Origin: the human T2T-CHM13v2.0 reference genome, Homo sapiens
Assembly (NCBI RefSeq): GCF_009914755.1
Contig: NC_060925.1
DNA length: 64,000 bases
Reading direction: 5' to 3' (one strand)
This document shows, piece by piece, positions 1-13,929 of this stretch (positions within the stretch are counted from its first letter, which is position 1; each line of letters starts with the position of its first letter). The translations under genes were made by a program, and so were the position numbers. Below the pieces are notes generated by a model that worked only from the letters and a program-made list of their open reading frames with translations, made no database searches and had not been told where the DNA came from.

Positions 1-789
1 CTTACCCATATCTCCACAGTCCAATTATTGTGAATAGAAGAATCAGGGTGAATTGGGAATATGAAGGTGGCCTACTGATTGGGACCAATGGTGTAATGCT
101 TAGGAAATGGTGAGGGGAAATTGAATCGCCCCACTGCTTTTTCTTCTCTGGCCAGGAAAATCGTCTCCGGGAGATTGGGGTACTATAAGTGAACGCTTCA
201 TTTTTCTAATTGAGTTCTCATTCCTTGGCTGGTATTGAACTCCATCCCAAAAACGGGGCTTTGAGGACACACAAAGAGTGAGAACATCACGAAAGGATAG
301 GAACTTAACCAACATTATTTTCATTTCCAAAAATGAGAAAAAAGTAGTAGACACAGCAAACTTCAACAGTGGCTTTGACATTGGGACCAAGCAATGATGC
401 AGATGAGGTGATCAAAGGGGAGGTCTGAGGATATCAGAGAAGGAAGCAGAAGTGACCAGGAGATGGCATAAATGTGCACAGAGCATGCCACAGCAAACTC
501 ACTCACCTGCTGCCTTTCTGTGAACAGTTATGGGTTGTCAGTTTAGTGGAAGTTCTTAGCTTCTCTGGGATTCAACAAAACATGTGCCAAACACTTCTTT
601 AGAAATCCCTTAATACACATTCAACAAATAGATGCTAAATGGAATATGTCTGCAGAGTTGGGCCAGGATGTTATAAAAGCATAGAGAGGTGTTACCTACC
701 CCTGCCTGTGGCAGGTCTGAAAGGCTTCCTGGAAGAGGTGACACCTGGGCATATAAAGTACACCATATGGCATATGGTATGGTACAGAT

Positions 790-985
790 TGAAAGAGTGT
801 AGTGTAGCATGGTGCAAACTCACTTAACCCCACTGTGCTTCCATTTTCTCCTCTATAAAATAAGACGACAATAATACATAGTTCACAAGTTTGATGTGAG
901 AATTTTTTCCAATGAATTAATATGTGCAAAGTGCTTAGAACAGTGAATGGTATGTGGTAAGTGCTATATAAATGTTAGCTATGAC
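790..985 (+). mobile_element. MIR SINE relic
   Basis: MIR core and 3' motifs: 'ttttctcctctataaaa...aaagtgcttagaacagtg...aaatgttagctat'. Confidence 0.7.
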
Positions 986-1002
986 TAAGAAGATGTGTGG
1001 TT

Positions 1003-1505
1003 CATTTTTTATTAATAAACTTTATTTTTTGAGGAGTTTTAGGTTTACTGAAAAATATAGCAAAAACTACAAAGAATTACTGCAGACCTCTTTCCTTTCA
1101 CACATAATTTGCCCTTTTATTAGCATCTTGCATTATTGTAGTGGGTTTGTTATAATTGGTGAGCTAATATTGACACATTGCTATTAACTAAAATCTGTAG
1201 TTTACATTAGGGTTCACTCTTAGTGTTGTGCATTCTATGGGCTTGGACAAATGTATAATGATATGTACCCACCATTATGATACTCTACAGAGTAGTTTCA
1301 CTGTCCTTAAAATCCTGTGCTCTGCCTAATCATCCCTCCCTCTCCTTGAATCCCTGGCAACCACTGATCTCTTTATTGTCCCTACAGTTTTGCCTTTACT
1401 AGAAAATCATATAGTTGGAATTGTACCAGGTGTAATCTTTTCAGGCTGGCTTCTTTCACTTAGTAACATGCATTTAAGTAGTCTCCATGTCTTTTCCTTG
1501 GTTAC
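1003..1505 (-). mobile_element. L1M (L1MB/MC-like) 3' end fragment
   Basis: Antisense L1 3'UTR motifs: 'gttttaggtttac', 'cctggcaaccactgatct', 'ggcttctttcacttagtaacatgcattt'. Confidence 0.8.
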
Positions 1506-3249
1506 ATTTTTAAAAGGATAGGTACATTCATACCAAGTCAAATAAGGATACTCGAGGGAAGCTGAATAGAAGATCTTTACCTTGTCATTCTGGAGAAAGT
1601 TCTTTGAATCTTTGCCTTTGGAACTCTGCTTGCTATGTCATCCTCCACTAAAGTCCCACCCCTAAGGCTTCTTGCCTCTAATTAAGTGAGCCCTTTAAAA
1701 TGCAAATGTTTCTGGGAGGTCACAGTTTAAATATTTCAGACCTGGGACATAACATTTTTCAGCTAGAAGAAGCTTTAGCGTCACCTGTTTCCAAACCCGT
1801 ATTTAGAGATGGAAATCAAGAGAGTGGCCGTCCTGAGGAACACACAGTCAGAAATGAGTGAGTGACATGTGATTCATTTACCATGTCATTTGAATGCAGG
1901 TTAACCCATACACCATGAACTAAAAAAATAAAACACAAAGTTCAACAAAGTTCTTGTGAATTTCATCCAGAAACCTATACAGCGAAATCCTATTTGTTTA
2001 TTTAATGTATGACTTTTATCCAAAATAACATTAAAGTACATCAGGACTATTCATTTTACCAACATATATTTACTGGGCACCTATAAAACGTATGATGATA
2101 AGTTAGGTGTGAAGGTATGCAGGTAAAAGTAATATGAGCTCAGCAAAAAGTAGGTATCCATGATGGCAGGCTTCCCCAAAGAAGTGACATTTGATCAGGC
2201 CTTTGAAGGATGCGCAGATATGTAGAGAAAGAAAGGGTGTGACAGTGAACCTGGGACAGTGTAAGTGGGCTGTTTCTTCAGGGATGGTGAGCCATTTTGC
2301 CTGGCTCGAAACAAGGCACACTGGGCTGTGGCAGAAGGAAGACTGGAGACTCCCAGTTATAAGTCAGGATGCAAGAAGACAGGGCTGGTGCTTCACCACC
2401 ATTCCCAGGCCAGACTGCTCGACCAGGAACTCCTCCTAGAGCACAGCTCCATGAACACTTGCCAAAAGGCAGTCTGCAGTAGGTTCTTAGAGAATTCAAG
2501 GACTCCTCGCTTCCTCCCTTGGCTGCTGGTGTTCTCATTGTGCCCACTAAGGAACAAGTTTCCTTGCATTCCTGAAGATCAGACAATAGAATTCTTAAGA
2601 GAGGGTTTTCTCAGGAATGAGCCGTCCTGCGGCAGCCCTAATGCAGCCTGGGTGGTGGAGGGTGGGCTTTCCTTCCTGGAAATTCATCTCACTAACAAAC
2701 TGCCTCCCCACCCTTCTTCCGCCCCTGCTCAATGCCCTGCACTTCCAGCTGCTGCTTTCTCTGCTTATGTAACAGCTTCCCAATGGCACTTTCAGCCAGG
2801 ATGGGCCTCAAATGACTTTCTGCACTAAATCCCAGACCTTTGTGTAATGCAGTCATTTTGCAACCAGCCTCCCCAAGCTTGCCAGAGCAAAGAAGGCTCT
2901 AGGTCTGCAGTCCACCTCATTCAAGTAAACACCCAATCAAGTAAATTCCTGTCAAGGAAGAGTTGAGAGTGCCATTGACAAAGAAGGGGACTTGGAATAG
3001 TGATGACTGTGGGATGATCTCTCACCAGTCCCATCAGCACATATCTGGCTCCTGATTGCCTTCTCACCTCTGTGGATGACCACACAGAGACATACACATA
3101 CACACACATGTGACACCTAGCCCTACGGTTCCCTGTGCTCTTATCATTATCTCCCTACTGCCAATCTTTCCCTCCATGTCCCCATTAATTCTTATGCCAT
3201 CACGCACCTCAATACCACAATGACACAGTGGGGATGGAGTACACAAAAA

Positions 3250-3440
3250 GGGGCTATAAAATCAGACAGACAGGGATTGAATCACAGCTCTATTAACTAT
3301 TGTACCACCTGTATAAACCCTTCTCCACCTCATTTTTCTCACCTGCAACCCAGAGATAAATAAAGCAAAGAGTTATGTTGACAATTAAAGGATATCACAT
3401 ATATAAACATTGTAGAATAGTAGCTGGCATGTAGTATAAT
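3250..3440 (+). mobile_element. MIR relic
   Basis: 'aatcagacagacagggattgaatcacagctct...ctcattttctcacctg' resembles the MIR core. Confidence 0.55.
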
Positions 3441-3779
3441 CCCAGGCTATTTCCCTCCTTCTTTTTTCCTTAACAAATTAAATTTGATTGCATTCAAATA
3501 AGCACAGCATTGGACTGTCCCTTAGCGATGATAGAGAGGCAGTATGATAGGAAGAGCAAAGGCTCAGTAACAAATCCTGTCTCATATTGGGGGAATTTTC
3601 ATTGCTAAGAACAGAAACCCAAACTCCAGCTGGATTGAAGGAAGAAAAAAATAATTTATTGGTTTGACAAAAACTGATCAATACCCTCAAAAGCTTGACT
3701 CCTTTTCTTTCCTTTTGTAATAGATCCTCATGTCTCCAAAGACCCAAATGCTGTACTCATCTCTTTCATACACACTCCA

Positions 3780-4096
3780 GAGTCTACCTTTCCTAGCCTG
3801 CCCTGCATCTAGGTGTGACCATGCTGTGGAATTTAAATTAAAGAGATAAGTGCAATTCTCAAGCCACTGTCTTTAAGAGGGAAGCTGATAGCTTTCCAGT
3901 TCTTCTTTTGCTCTTCCCATTGGCTGAGAAATGGGTCAGCTGGGACAATCACTATGAACCTACAGATGCCAAGCCATGTGTTGCAGATGGCAGACTTCTG
4001 GACTGTTATGTTAACAAAGACATGAACTTCTATCACATTTAAGTCCCTTTATTGAGGAGTCTGTTATAGCAGCATAGTCTCTAACTTACTAACACA
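3780..4096 (+). mobile_element. MaLR solo LTR fragment (MLT1J-like)
   Basis: Typical MLT1 3' end 'ttaagtcc...tctgttatagcagc...actaacaca'. Confidence 0.5.
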
Positions 4097-4815
4097 ATTC
4101 TTTCCAGTGGACTTGATCCAGAAGTTTCCAACAATGCCACCAAAGATGCAATTTCTTTCATTGTCTCTGGTCTGCCTTCTATGGTGTCTGCCTTATTCCA
4201 AGACTCTGCATGTTCTCGTCCCCCAACTGCTCTGTATGGCCCCAGCCTACCATAATCCCAGACCAAAAATTGCTTCAGGGGCTTCACTGATAGTAAGAAA
4301 AATTGCTGTAGTGGGTACAGACCTCAAATCCTCACATATCACACTCTTAGAAAAGGGTGACATTTTCTTCTATTGAAAAATATATTGAAATATTGCATTT
4401 AAAAATGGCAGTAGGGAGACCAGAAGACAGAATGATGGCCAGCAAACTGAAATGGCCCATAGTTGTTCATTTTCTTCTTTGAATGTCTTGATTAACTGTT
4501 GAGCTAGAACCATTATATCAAAATTTACACTGAGTACAACAATGGACTTTAGATTCAAGCTCTGATATTCAGTGTGTCCTTCCAGGGCCCTCTCAGGTTT
4601 CTACTGCGGGAGGCAAGGCACCTATTTCCCACACAATGTCCTACCAAGACACACAATGGTGTAAGCTAATGAAATTTCCCCAATGAAATTGAGTGCTGTT
4701 AGGAAGTAGAAATCAATGCTGGGAAGCTAAACAATGGCAAATGTCCACTCCATCACTGATGCTGCTATCGTCCCAACTTATAATTCCAACCAGAACCTCT
4801 CTCCTTTACCTCCTA

Positions 4816-4977
4816 TGGAGCTGGGACTACAGTGAGGTAAGCAAGGCCCCCAGGGTACAATATTTAGGGAGACACTCATTCTCACATGCTAACCTGTGCT
4901 TACAGGACCCTGAGAGTGAGTGCCTCCTTAAATTTTGGTCCCTGTGTGCCTGCTTGCCTAACTCTAGTCCTGACACT
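4816..4977. mobile_element. MER96-like palindromic hAT MITE
   Basis: Begins 'gctgggactacagtgaggtaagc' and ends 'gcttgcctaactctagtcctg'; internal arms 4859-4884 and 4911-4936 are near reverse complements. Confidence 0.7.
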
Positions 4978-4989
4978 TAACCCTCAGGC

Positions 4990-5790
4990 CTGTGTATTGG
5001 CCATTGATCCATAGGCCTCTCAAGTTCATCACGATTACAATGGATCCTACCACCTTCCACTGACAACCTTGTCCTCTTATACTCCCGATCACAGGGAATG
5101 ACACCACCACTTACCACCTATCTGTTTGCTCCAGCCAGAATCCTAGAACTCATCTTTGACATGACTGTCTCTTCCCCTCCCTCCAGTGGATCACAATTCC
5201 TAATCACTCAACTCCATACATATCTCCAGAATTCACCAACCTCTCCAATCCTTACCACCCCTAGACATGAAACTAAGCTGCCATCATTTTTCCTCTGGAC
5301 ATCAGCTACCATCTCCTAACTGGTCTTCCCACTTCCATGCTCACTTCCCTCCAATACCTTTTTCTTACCATAGCCAGAATGCTCTTTTCTAACTTGGCTT
5401 ACAAAGAAGTCCTCCGTCATCTAGCCCCATCTACTTCTCCAGCCTTAGTTATCACAACTAGGCCCTCCCCACCATACAAGAGCTCTATTGATCTCCTCTT
5501 AGCTCCACAACCTCTCCACGCCACCAGGCATTCTCAATGTGCTTTTCCTCCTCCCACCCATCCTCCATTTCTTATTTATTCTTCAAGTATTGGCTTAAAT
5601 TTCATTTCCTCAAAAAGGCCTTCCTGAGCCACAAACTAGATAAGCCCTCCAACCTCATGCTCCCATAACACAGAGTTCTACTTTTAAAACACTCATCAGA
5701 TTTTTAAAACATACTCATTTACTATCTGCCTTTCCTGATTGGCTACAAGCTTCTTAGGTTGCTTATCATAAGTTGGATGAATGTTTAAGG
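4990..5790 (+). mobile_element. L2 LINE relic
   Basis: Pyrimidine-rich L2 ORF2/3' motifs ('ccagccagaatcctagaactcatctttgac', 'ctcctaactggtcttccc'). Confidence 0.6.
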
Positions 5791-6021
5791 TAAGAATCAA
5801 CCCTAAAAAGCCTCAAATTACCACTTTGGCAACTCATTCATTTATTCAGCCATCATCTTCTAAGGACCCAGAATGTGCCAGGGCTTTGCTAGTCATTAAA
5901 GCTGCAGAGACTAAGGAGACATGATTCTCACCCTCTGGGCACTTAGAATCTACTGTACTACTAAAGAGCCCAAGCTTCAGAGTCAGAGACATTGGTTCCC
6001 TCACGTGTAAAATGCGGCTAT

Positions 6022-6528
6022 CTGTTATGGCAGAGGCTATCTGCTATGGCACCTTCATCACATCCTGTTGACCTACACCTTGTTCCAGCCGCAGCTGTGA
6101 TAGATATTTCCATGCCAGCTCAGAATCACCTTGTACTATCAGCTTCCCATATCAAGCAAGTAGCTCCCATCTTTCAGCATTCTGTCCCAGGACTTTCTCC
6201 AGTGTTGCCATAATCTGCTTGACTTGTGTAGGTAAGTTCAGCCCAGAAGTGCAGGGGCATTAACAACTCCCAGCCCTCAGGACAGCTCCTGATCAACAGG
6301 GCATGGTGGCTGATGAGTGAATGCACCAGCCTCCCACTCTCCTAGGAGACAGAATTTAACACCCATTGCCTACAGCAGTGACCTCAAAAACAAAACAAAC
6401 TTATTTTATCTTTTCCTTCTCCCCCGTCTCCCTCTCCCTGTCCCTCACTCCTGCTTCTTGAGATCCCCTGTACCGGTTCCTAAATCCTTGTATCAACCTT
6501 CAATTTGAGGGAAATTCAAATTAAGGCA
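6022..6528 (+). mobile_element. ERVL solo LTR (LTR16-like)
   Basis: TG...CA-bounded, about 500 bp; 'gcccagaagtgcaggg', end 'gagggaaattcaaattaaggca'. Confidence 0.55.
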
Positions 6529-9500
6529 TCAAATTTACAAGGTTATGGCAAAGATTAACTATGATAACATGAGTGAAATTCTTCATGCATTTCCCAGCAC
6601 ATTGTCAGTGCTTAACAAATTATAGTTATTAATGGTAGCTATTATATTTTTGATGGGGGAGATGTATAGTATAATCCAAAAAGATAGATGCAATGATGGA
6701 ATTACAAAGAGTTGAAAGTGCAGAATAAAAATGGGTAAAGAAGCCCTCAAGTTTGGAGGAATTAAGGCTGCTTCTCAGAGGAAGTAACTCTTAAACTGAA
6801 CTTTCTTAAAGGCCCAAAAATCAGTAGAGAGAATTCCTAACAAGAGAGATGACGAAATGGAAAACCTGGCAGTATGATGGAACATGGCACACTATGGGAA
6901 GCACACACAGTTCTGTATTATAGGAGAGGAGAGACAGGATTTAGGAGGGGTCCATATTTAAGGCACAGATAGTGGCCTAGTCTCAAGGAACCCCTGCTAA
7001 GGCAAAAGTCTGAGGCAGCTACAGAAAGAAGCCACTGAAGGCTGTCTTGCAGACAGCCACGCAAAGAGAAGGACATGCCATCCACTCTCCATTCACACAT
7101 GTGCTCTCCCTTCTTGTTTATTTGCACTCTGCTTGGCTGTATGGAATCAAGGCACAACTCATGACCCACCCCTTCAGCACCCTGCAGAGATGGGGAAGCA
7201 GGGAACATCCTTGTCAAGTGCCAGATGTTAAGCAGGGGCCTAAGGCCTGCTAATGGCTTTGGAGGTGAAACAGGAAACATTTCTGGGGCAGGAAGCCTGG
7301 AAATGCAGAAGTTTGCTGAATGAAAGACAAGCAGTTTCAGAAAAGTGGTGGATGATGAGATGGAGTGGAGTCAGACACACCTGGGGTCTAAACCTAGCTT
7401 GGCTCCTTCCTAGCTGTGTGGCTCTCAACAAGTCCCTTCCTCAATCTGAGCCTCAATTTCTTCAGCTTCCTAGTGTCCCTTCTAGCTCTGAGGCTCAAGA
7501 ACTCCATGAGGCAGAACATGAACCTCACTTGGAAGGTTCAGAAGGATTTTGTTATCCCCAAAGCTCCTCTTTACTTTGAATGAGTAGACAGAATAAAATG
7601 TCTTTGAACTAAAAGGAGTTATTTAAAAAACCAAAAATGCTCAAAGGTCTGTCCACCTGCAGACTTAGAGTAGACAAGGACTTCAACCGCAAGACAGGAC
7701 GTAGGAAACCACAGATGGACTCAGGGTGTCGGAAAGAGTCAACCTGGCCATTTAGAAATGCTGCTTAGCTAACTTTCACTTCCCTCTGGTTCAAAATTGG
7801 TAGCTAAGAGCTAGCACATTTTTGCTCAAATTTTTGCCAATTCCAGGTCCCATTCTGCATCCTACTCCAGATGTGTTGAATAACTTGCTCTGTGTTCCCC
7901 TAAAGTGCCCTTATCTCCTGTTTCTTTGTCTTTTTCATGCTGTTTGTCCATTCAACATTTGCTGAGCTCCTTCTCTGACCTGAGTTCTGGTTAGGGTAAA
8001 AAGAAGGATATGGCCCCTGCCCTCATTGGACGTAAGGTCTAACATTAACTGGATAAACTAAACAGACATGAACTAGGAAATGGTACAAAGAAATGGGAAC
8101 TTCAGAGATGGTACATGCTTCACTGGGGAGGAACATTGTTTATGAGAGTAATGGTAGAAAAAGTTGACTTGGTTATGGAGATCAGGGAAGGCTTCCTGAA
8201 GTAAGGAATACCTTTATGTCCTTCCTTTTAACGAGAAAATCCTATTCAGCTTTATGAGGCAGCTTAAATATTTTCTCTGTGGAATTGTCTGTATCTCCCC
8301 AAGCAAGACAGTCACTCTTTTCTCTGGGATCTGTAGGATTTTTTTGTTGTGAACACTAACATAGCTTTGGGGGCACTGCATGTTTATTTTTAGCTGTGTT
8401 CTAGTCTATCTTCCCACAAACTGTGAGCTCCTGGATAGCAAGAATGCTCCAGCACTGTGCCAGATGCAAAAGAGATGTTCGGGAAATTTGAGTGAATTGA
8501 AATGTATTACATTATACATGTAATACAATGACTGCAAATTCAAAATTTTTCTAAAAATGAGTAACTTATTTCACAATTAGCAATCCAAATAATCTTCTGG
8601 TTCATGCTTCCCCCCACCCCACCTTAATAAAACAGATACTTTTCTAATGAGTTTGCATGGACATTTTATACAATTTGTATAAATAAACCATGTATAAAAA
8701 TTCTAGACCTGCTATTCAAGTAATGGATCATAAAAGTCTTTCACTGGATTTTAAAGACATTCATCTGTAATTTCTCCATAAGCCCAAAGTCTGGCTGTCA
8801 AAGTGACTGAAGCAGTGAGGTTTCTTATTTCAAATATGAATTTTTATGATGTGGTCTATCTAGGTGGGCAGGAACACTTCGGGAAAGGCAGGTGGGTTTC
8901 TGAGCATTGAAACAGAACTGAAAAAAACTTGGGACTTGGTGAAACTGTGTCTCAGAAGAAAAAACATCTGTTTTCTACTCAAAGGGTGGAGTCGTTACAA
9001 AACAGGGGCCAGAATTACAGTATTTGGTTTGGTATCACTCTGGGTAGAAAAGCATCTTGGACTTTGCCCATTCAATTGCCTCCACCTGAAACCTCTTTTC
9101 TCCTATCAAAACCCTGTGCATACTTCAAGCCTCATCTCAAACATATCCTTGTTTATTTTACCAGTGATTGGATGTTGGAATTTGCCTACAGTCATAAAAC
9201 ATATCAGTGTCAAACCTAGAGAAAAACAGGCCTTTGGCCACCATCCTCTCCTACATTCTTTCCTCCATACCAGGGCTGTCCAAAGTGCCTGAGACGCTGA
9301 GTGGGAAATGTTATCTTCTACCCCTTTCTAGAGAAGTCTTGGTCCCTATGAACAATAAAAGCCTGTAGCATATTCTATAGTTTTACTGCAATTGGGAAAC
9401 AATTTATTTTTATTTAATAAAGCATTTTCCAACTCATTTGAGCCCTTTTCCCCATTACACCCACTAACTTGCCCTTGAATTATTGTTCCAGAAAACACAA

Positions 9501-10594
9501 TTTGGGAAATACTGCTCTCTATCATGATTATGCTAACTCACTTCCCCCTCATCTTTATACATGGGGAAGCCAAAGAAAGACAGTTATTATATAGGTGAAG
9601 TGCTAAGATATTTGGACAATCGCCTCTTTTCATGGCTTGTAAGAGAACTCTATTTTCAATATAAACAAAAATTTTATCCAGAAAAAGAGGGGCCAAAGGA
9701 ATAAAAAAGCAATTTATGAAAGAAGAAACAAATTGTCAATTGATGTATGGTAAGGTGTGGGAGTCTCCCTGAGTATTCAAGGCAATGCAAATTAAAACAA
9801 TAAGTGATGGTTTTTATGAACCAAATTGTCAAAGGTATTTTTTTACTGCTAATGTCATGCTAAAATTCCTAAGATTTTGTCTCTTTTATTCCTTTTTGTA
9901 TTTCTCAAATGTTCAACAAGTATTCATTTTCAATTTTAAAAATATTTGAAAATTATGAAAATTCAGTTATAAGGCTGAGCACCTCTTAATAAGAATTTGC
10001 AGGTCTAAAACTGGGAAAATGTGTCTTTTACATTTGTAAGACTGGGAAACTATTACTTTAAAAATCTTTACCAATAACCTGTTGCTCTCCCAAATTAGCC
10101 CTCACAGGGGCCTAGGGTCATCTGCTCTTCTGTATAACCAAATGAGGAGGTCCACCCCTGGTTGCTGACTTAGTGTTAAGGCCTGGCCTATGGACTAAGA
10201 CCTGGACCATCCCAATACCCAGAGATACAGAATCCCCGCCACTGAAGTTGCAGTGTCTCCTCGAGAGGTTCAACAGTAAAGCAAAACCAAGACAGAGGAG
10301 GCAGCCAGGGTCCCGGGAAGCCACGGGCTTTGTAATCCATTGGACCAGCCTAGCTTTGAATCCCAGCACTTCCTTTTCCTTGTGGACCTGAAGAAGTTCT
10401 GTACTTTCTCTGAACACAGTTTATTTCTTTTGAAAAAAGAATGACCGGAGTGAGAGATTACAGGATGGTCAGGAGATTTAAACCAGATGAAGTAGGTAAC
10501 TCAGGTGTTGGCTGTGGCCTCTGTTCCTTGAGACATCTAAAAAAGATTTCCTGGAGCCCCCAGTTCCAGACACTGAAAGTCTAAACACACCCCT

Positions 10595-10648
10595 ACACAA
10601 ACACACACACACATACACACACATACACACACACACATAGACACACAC
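10595..10648. repeat. Interrupted (CA)n microsatellite
   Basis: Directly visible. Confidence 0.95.
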
Positions 10649-11108
10649 GTTTCTGCAAATTCCAGGGGCATTTCTTGATAGTATGTATATGGTTCTAGGA
10701 TCCCAGTTTAAATTTGTGGACCTTGTTTCACACGGTGTTGAGCCAGATATAAAATTCAGGCCCTTCTTCAATTTCCAATAACAAAAACAACAACATAATC
10801 ATACATTGTTTGCGAGCATAGTAGTACTTACTGACATTTTGGAGGGAGAAATTTACATTTAAGACACAAATAACTTCAAATTGAAGTGAAGGTGTAACCT
10901 GCTCTCTCATGCCCTTTGCCTCCCTGCATTCCATTTCTGCCCCTTGCTCCTGCTTGCTGGCTTTCCCACCCATGCTGCAATCTCTGCACCTCTCCCTCCC
11001 TTCTCCTTTTCTAGAGAGAAAAACAAACTCCTCTCACTTTCTCAGGCAGAGAAGCTTGACTGTTCTTTTGTTGCTGAAGCTCTTGCTAAAACTTTTATTC
11101 CAAAATAG

Positions 11109-11441
<333 letters not shown>

Positions 11442-11457
11442 TAATAAAGAAAGATAA

Positions 11458-11641
<184 letters not shown>

Positions 11642-11694
11642 CTAGCCATTAAGATTAAAAATTCCTTTTTTACTTCATTACACAAGTATCCAGA

Positions 11695-11900
11695 GGCAGT
11701 ATTGCATGGTAGAAAGCGTAGTGAGCTGTATATGTTGTCTAGCTGTGTCATCTTGGACAAACTATTTAAGCACAGTGTCCTCATATGTAAAATGAAGACT
11801 GTAATAGTACTAAGCTTATAGAGTGCTATAAAAGTTAATGTAAAAAAACTTAGAATATTGCTTGACACATGATAAGAGCTCATCAATATTATTTATCACT
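11695..11900 (+). mobile_element. MIR relic
   Basis: 'ctagctgtgtcatcttggacaa...tcctcatatgtaaaatgaag'. Confidence 0.7.
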
Positions 11901-12559
11901 TTTCTTAAACAAGTTATTACTGCATTTTCTATGAATCTTTCTCCTGCTCCTAGGACTTTGTCCCACTTGAGTCACCTACTTAAAATGCAGTCAGCATCTA
12001 TAAGGTATTACCAAGAAGATGTACCATTTTGACCTCTGGAGTTCATTATTGTGAAAAACTTCTAGCCGGTGACATATGACTGGAGACAATGATGTGAGTA
12101 TACAAAAGTAATGCACTGGCAGTATAGCCTCATAATTTGGAGTCACATGTCCTGGGTTCAAATCTCAACTATGAAATTTACTTGTAGAATAATCTTGGAC
12201 AAGCTGCTTGACCTCTCTGAGCTTTGGTTTTCTTGTCTCATAAATGCAAGTAAAAATAAAACTTTACAAAGTCAAAAGGATAAAGAGACATACACTGTAG
12301 GAAAAAATAGTAGATGCCTAATAGATGGTACCCATTCAATAAATTCAATGGTGGTGGTGATGATGGTGATAAACAAACAGCATAAAATATATGTTTAAAT
12401 GGTAGGGGTCCCATTCAATGATTTTCACTTGGGAAGTTGTATACTTATCTTAATGATATTACGAGCTCCCAACTCCTATTTACAAATGATCTTTGGAACA
12501 GCCTGAGAATATTGGTCACCCACAATGTCATCAACAGCAATAGCTATGAATAAGATTTT

Positions 12560-12900
12560 GACATCTTTGTTTAGTTCATATTATTGTTATATATTATTGA
12601 ATCATTTTATATAGACATTTTATATCCTATTTTTTCACTTAACGTATTAAAAGCATGTTCCTGCACCTTTAAACTTTTTGTATATTCTGTGTTAACAACC
12701 ACATAATATTCTATTGCAAAGACCTGCCATATTAATTTAACAACTCTTTTGTCACTGGGCATTTAGGTTGTTTCCAATTCTTGGTTATTATAAATAATGC
12801 AGCAATGGATGGTTTTGGCCAGAAGGTTTTGTCTGCATTTCGGATTATTTCCTTCAGCTAAATTCCTAGACATAGAATTCCCAGGCCAAAAACTATGAAC
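12560..12900 (-). mobile_element. L1ME-like fragment
   Basis: 'gggcatttaggttgtttccaattc...ggattatttccttc...aattcctaga'. Confidence 0.65.
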
Positions 12901-13399
12901 TCATGATACATAGTGCCATATCGTTATCCAGATCCTCCACATATTTGAAGACAACGATCATACTCCCAAGTCTTTTCTCCAAGATAAACACGCACATATC
13001 CCCTATCACTCCTCATATGACTCATTTCCCAGTGTGGTCACCATTCTTGCCCCTTTTCCTCTGGAAGAAAGCACAAACTCCTAAGCTGGCATTCAAAGCT
13101 CTTCCACTCTGACTCAACTTCATCTTTGCCCCTTCATCTCCTGTAGTACCTCACCTCCCTTGTCAGGCCCCTCCTCTCCTCTCAGTCGCTGCTCCCTACA
13201 AATGCCCTGTTCCTTCACTCTGCCATTCACTTATTTACTGTTCCTTCAGTCCAGGATGCCTTTCATACTTTTGATGCCTAGGAAACTCCATCTCATCTTG
13301 CAGTACAGAGCTCCAGTGCCGCCTCTTCTTCTTCTTGATCCCTTCTTCCCTGCTCCAGGCAGAACTAACTTTTCTGTGCCCCCTACTCCTGTGCCACTT

Positions 13400-13903
13400 T
13401 GTACAGAGTGGTCAGGGCCCCACCATGAAATGACAACCTACTCAAATTTGGACAATGCAAACAGGATTTAATAAAGGATGATTTAGGAAGATGTGTGCAG
13501 AATGTAGAGAAACCACAAGGAATAGCATCATACTCAAATGCTAGCAAGGCTTTTAACATCTCTACACCTGAAGGAGTAAGGACAGGAGGGGTTACTGGAA
13601 TGCAGAAGGAAAGAGTTTTGCGGAGAGGGCCACCTTAAGAGAAGCTATGACTTCCATCAAGGAACAAAATCAGCCGAAGGTAACACCTCAGGGAAGCACC
13701 CAAGGGAATAAATACCTTGACTTCACTCTCCTCTCTCCTTTCCATCTCCCTCTTGTGCTTCTATGAGCAGAACCCAACTAGACCCAGAGCGATAGGAAGC
13801 CCATCGGAACAGTCCATACAGGTCATCCCCCCTGGGGCACAGAGCATGGTGAAGGGTGGAGAGAATGATTTGAGGAGCGAAAGGAAGAGCCCCAGCTCGC
13901 TGT
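13400..13903 (-). mobile_element. ERVL solo LTR (LTR41-like)
   Basis: 'tttaataaagg...gaaaccacaagg...gggcacagagcatggtgaagggtggagagaatg'. Confidence 0.55.
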
Positions 13904-13929
13904 ATTAAAGCTCATTACCCTGTATTATA

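Noticed and set aside
100-390. 96-aa minus-strand ORF and the ATTGG-GA-CCAAT mini-palindrome at 78-89
   Set aside because: No recognisable domain; the ORF length and a 12-bp palindrome are both expected by chance
501-509. Perfect minus-strand donor CAG|GTGAGT
   Set aside because: No convincing upstream acceptor; isolated 9-mers are common
2265-2828. Longest ORF in the window (187 aa)
   Set aside because: No homology or domain recognised and no supporting gene structure
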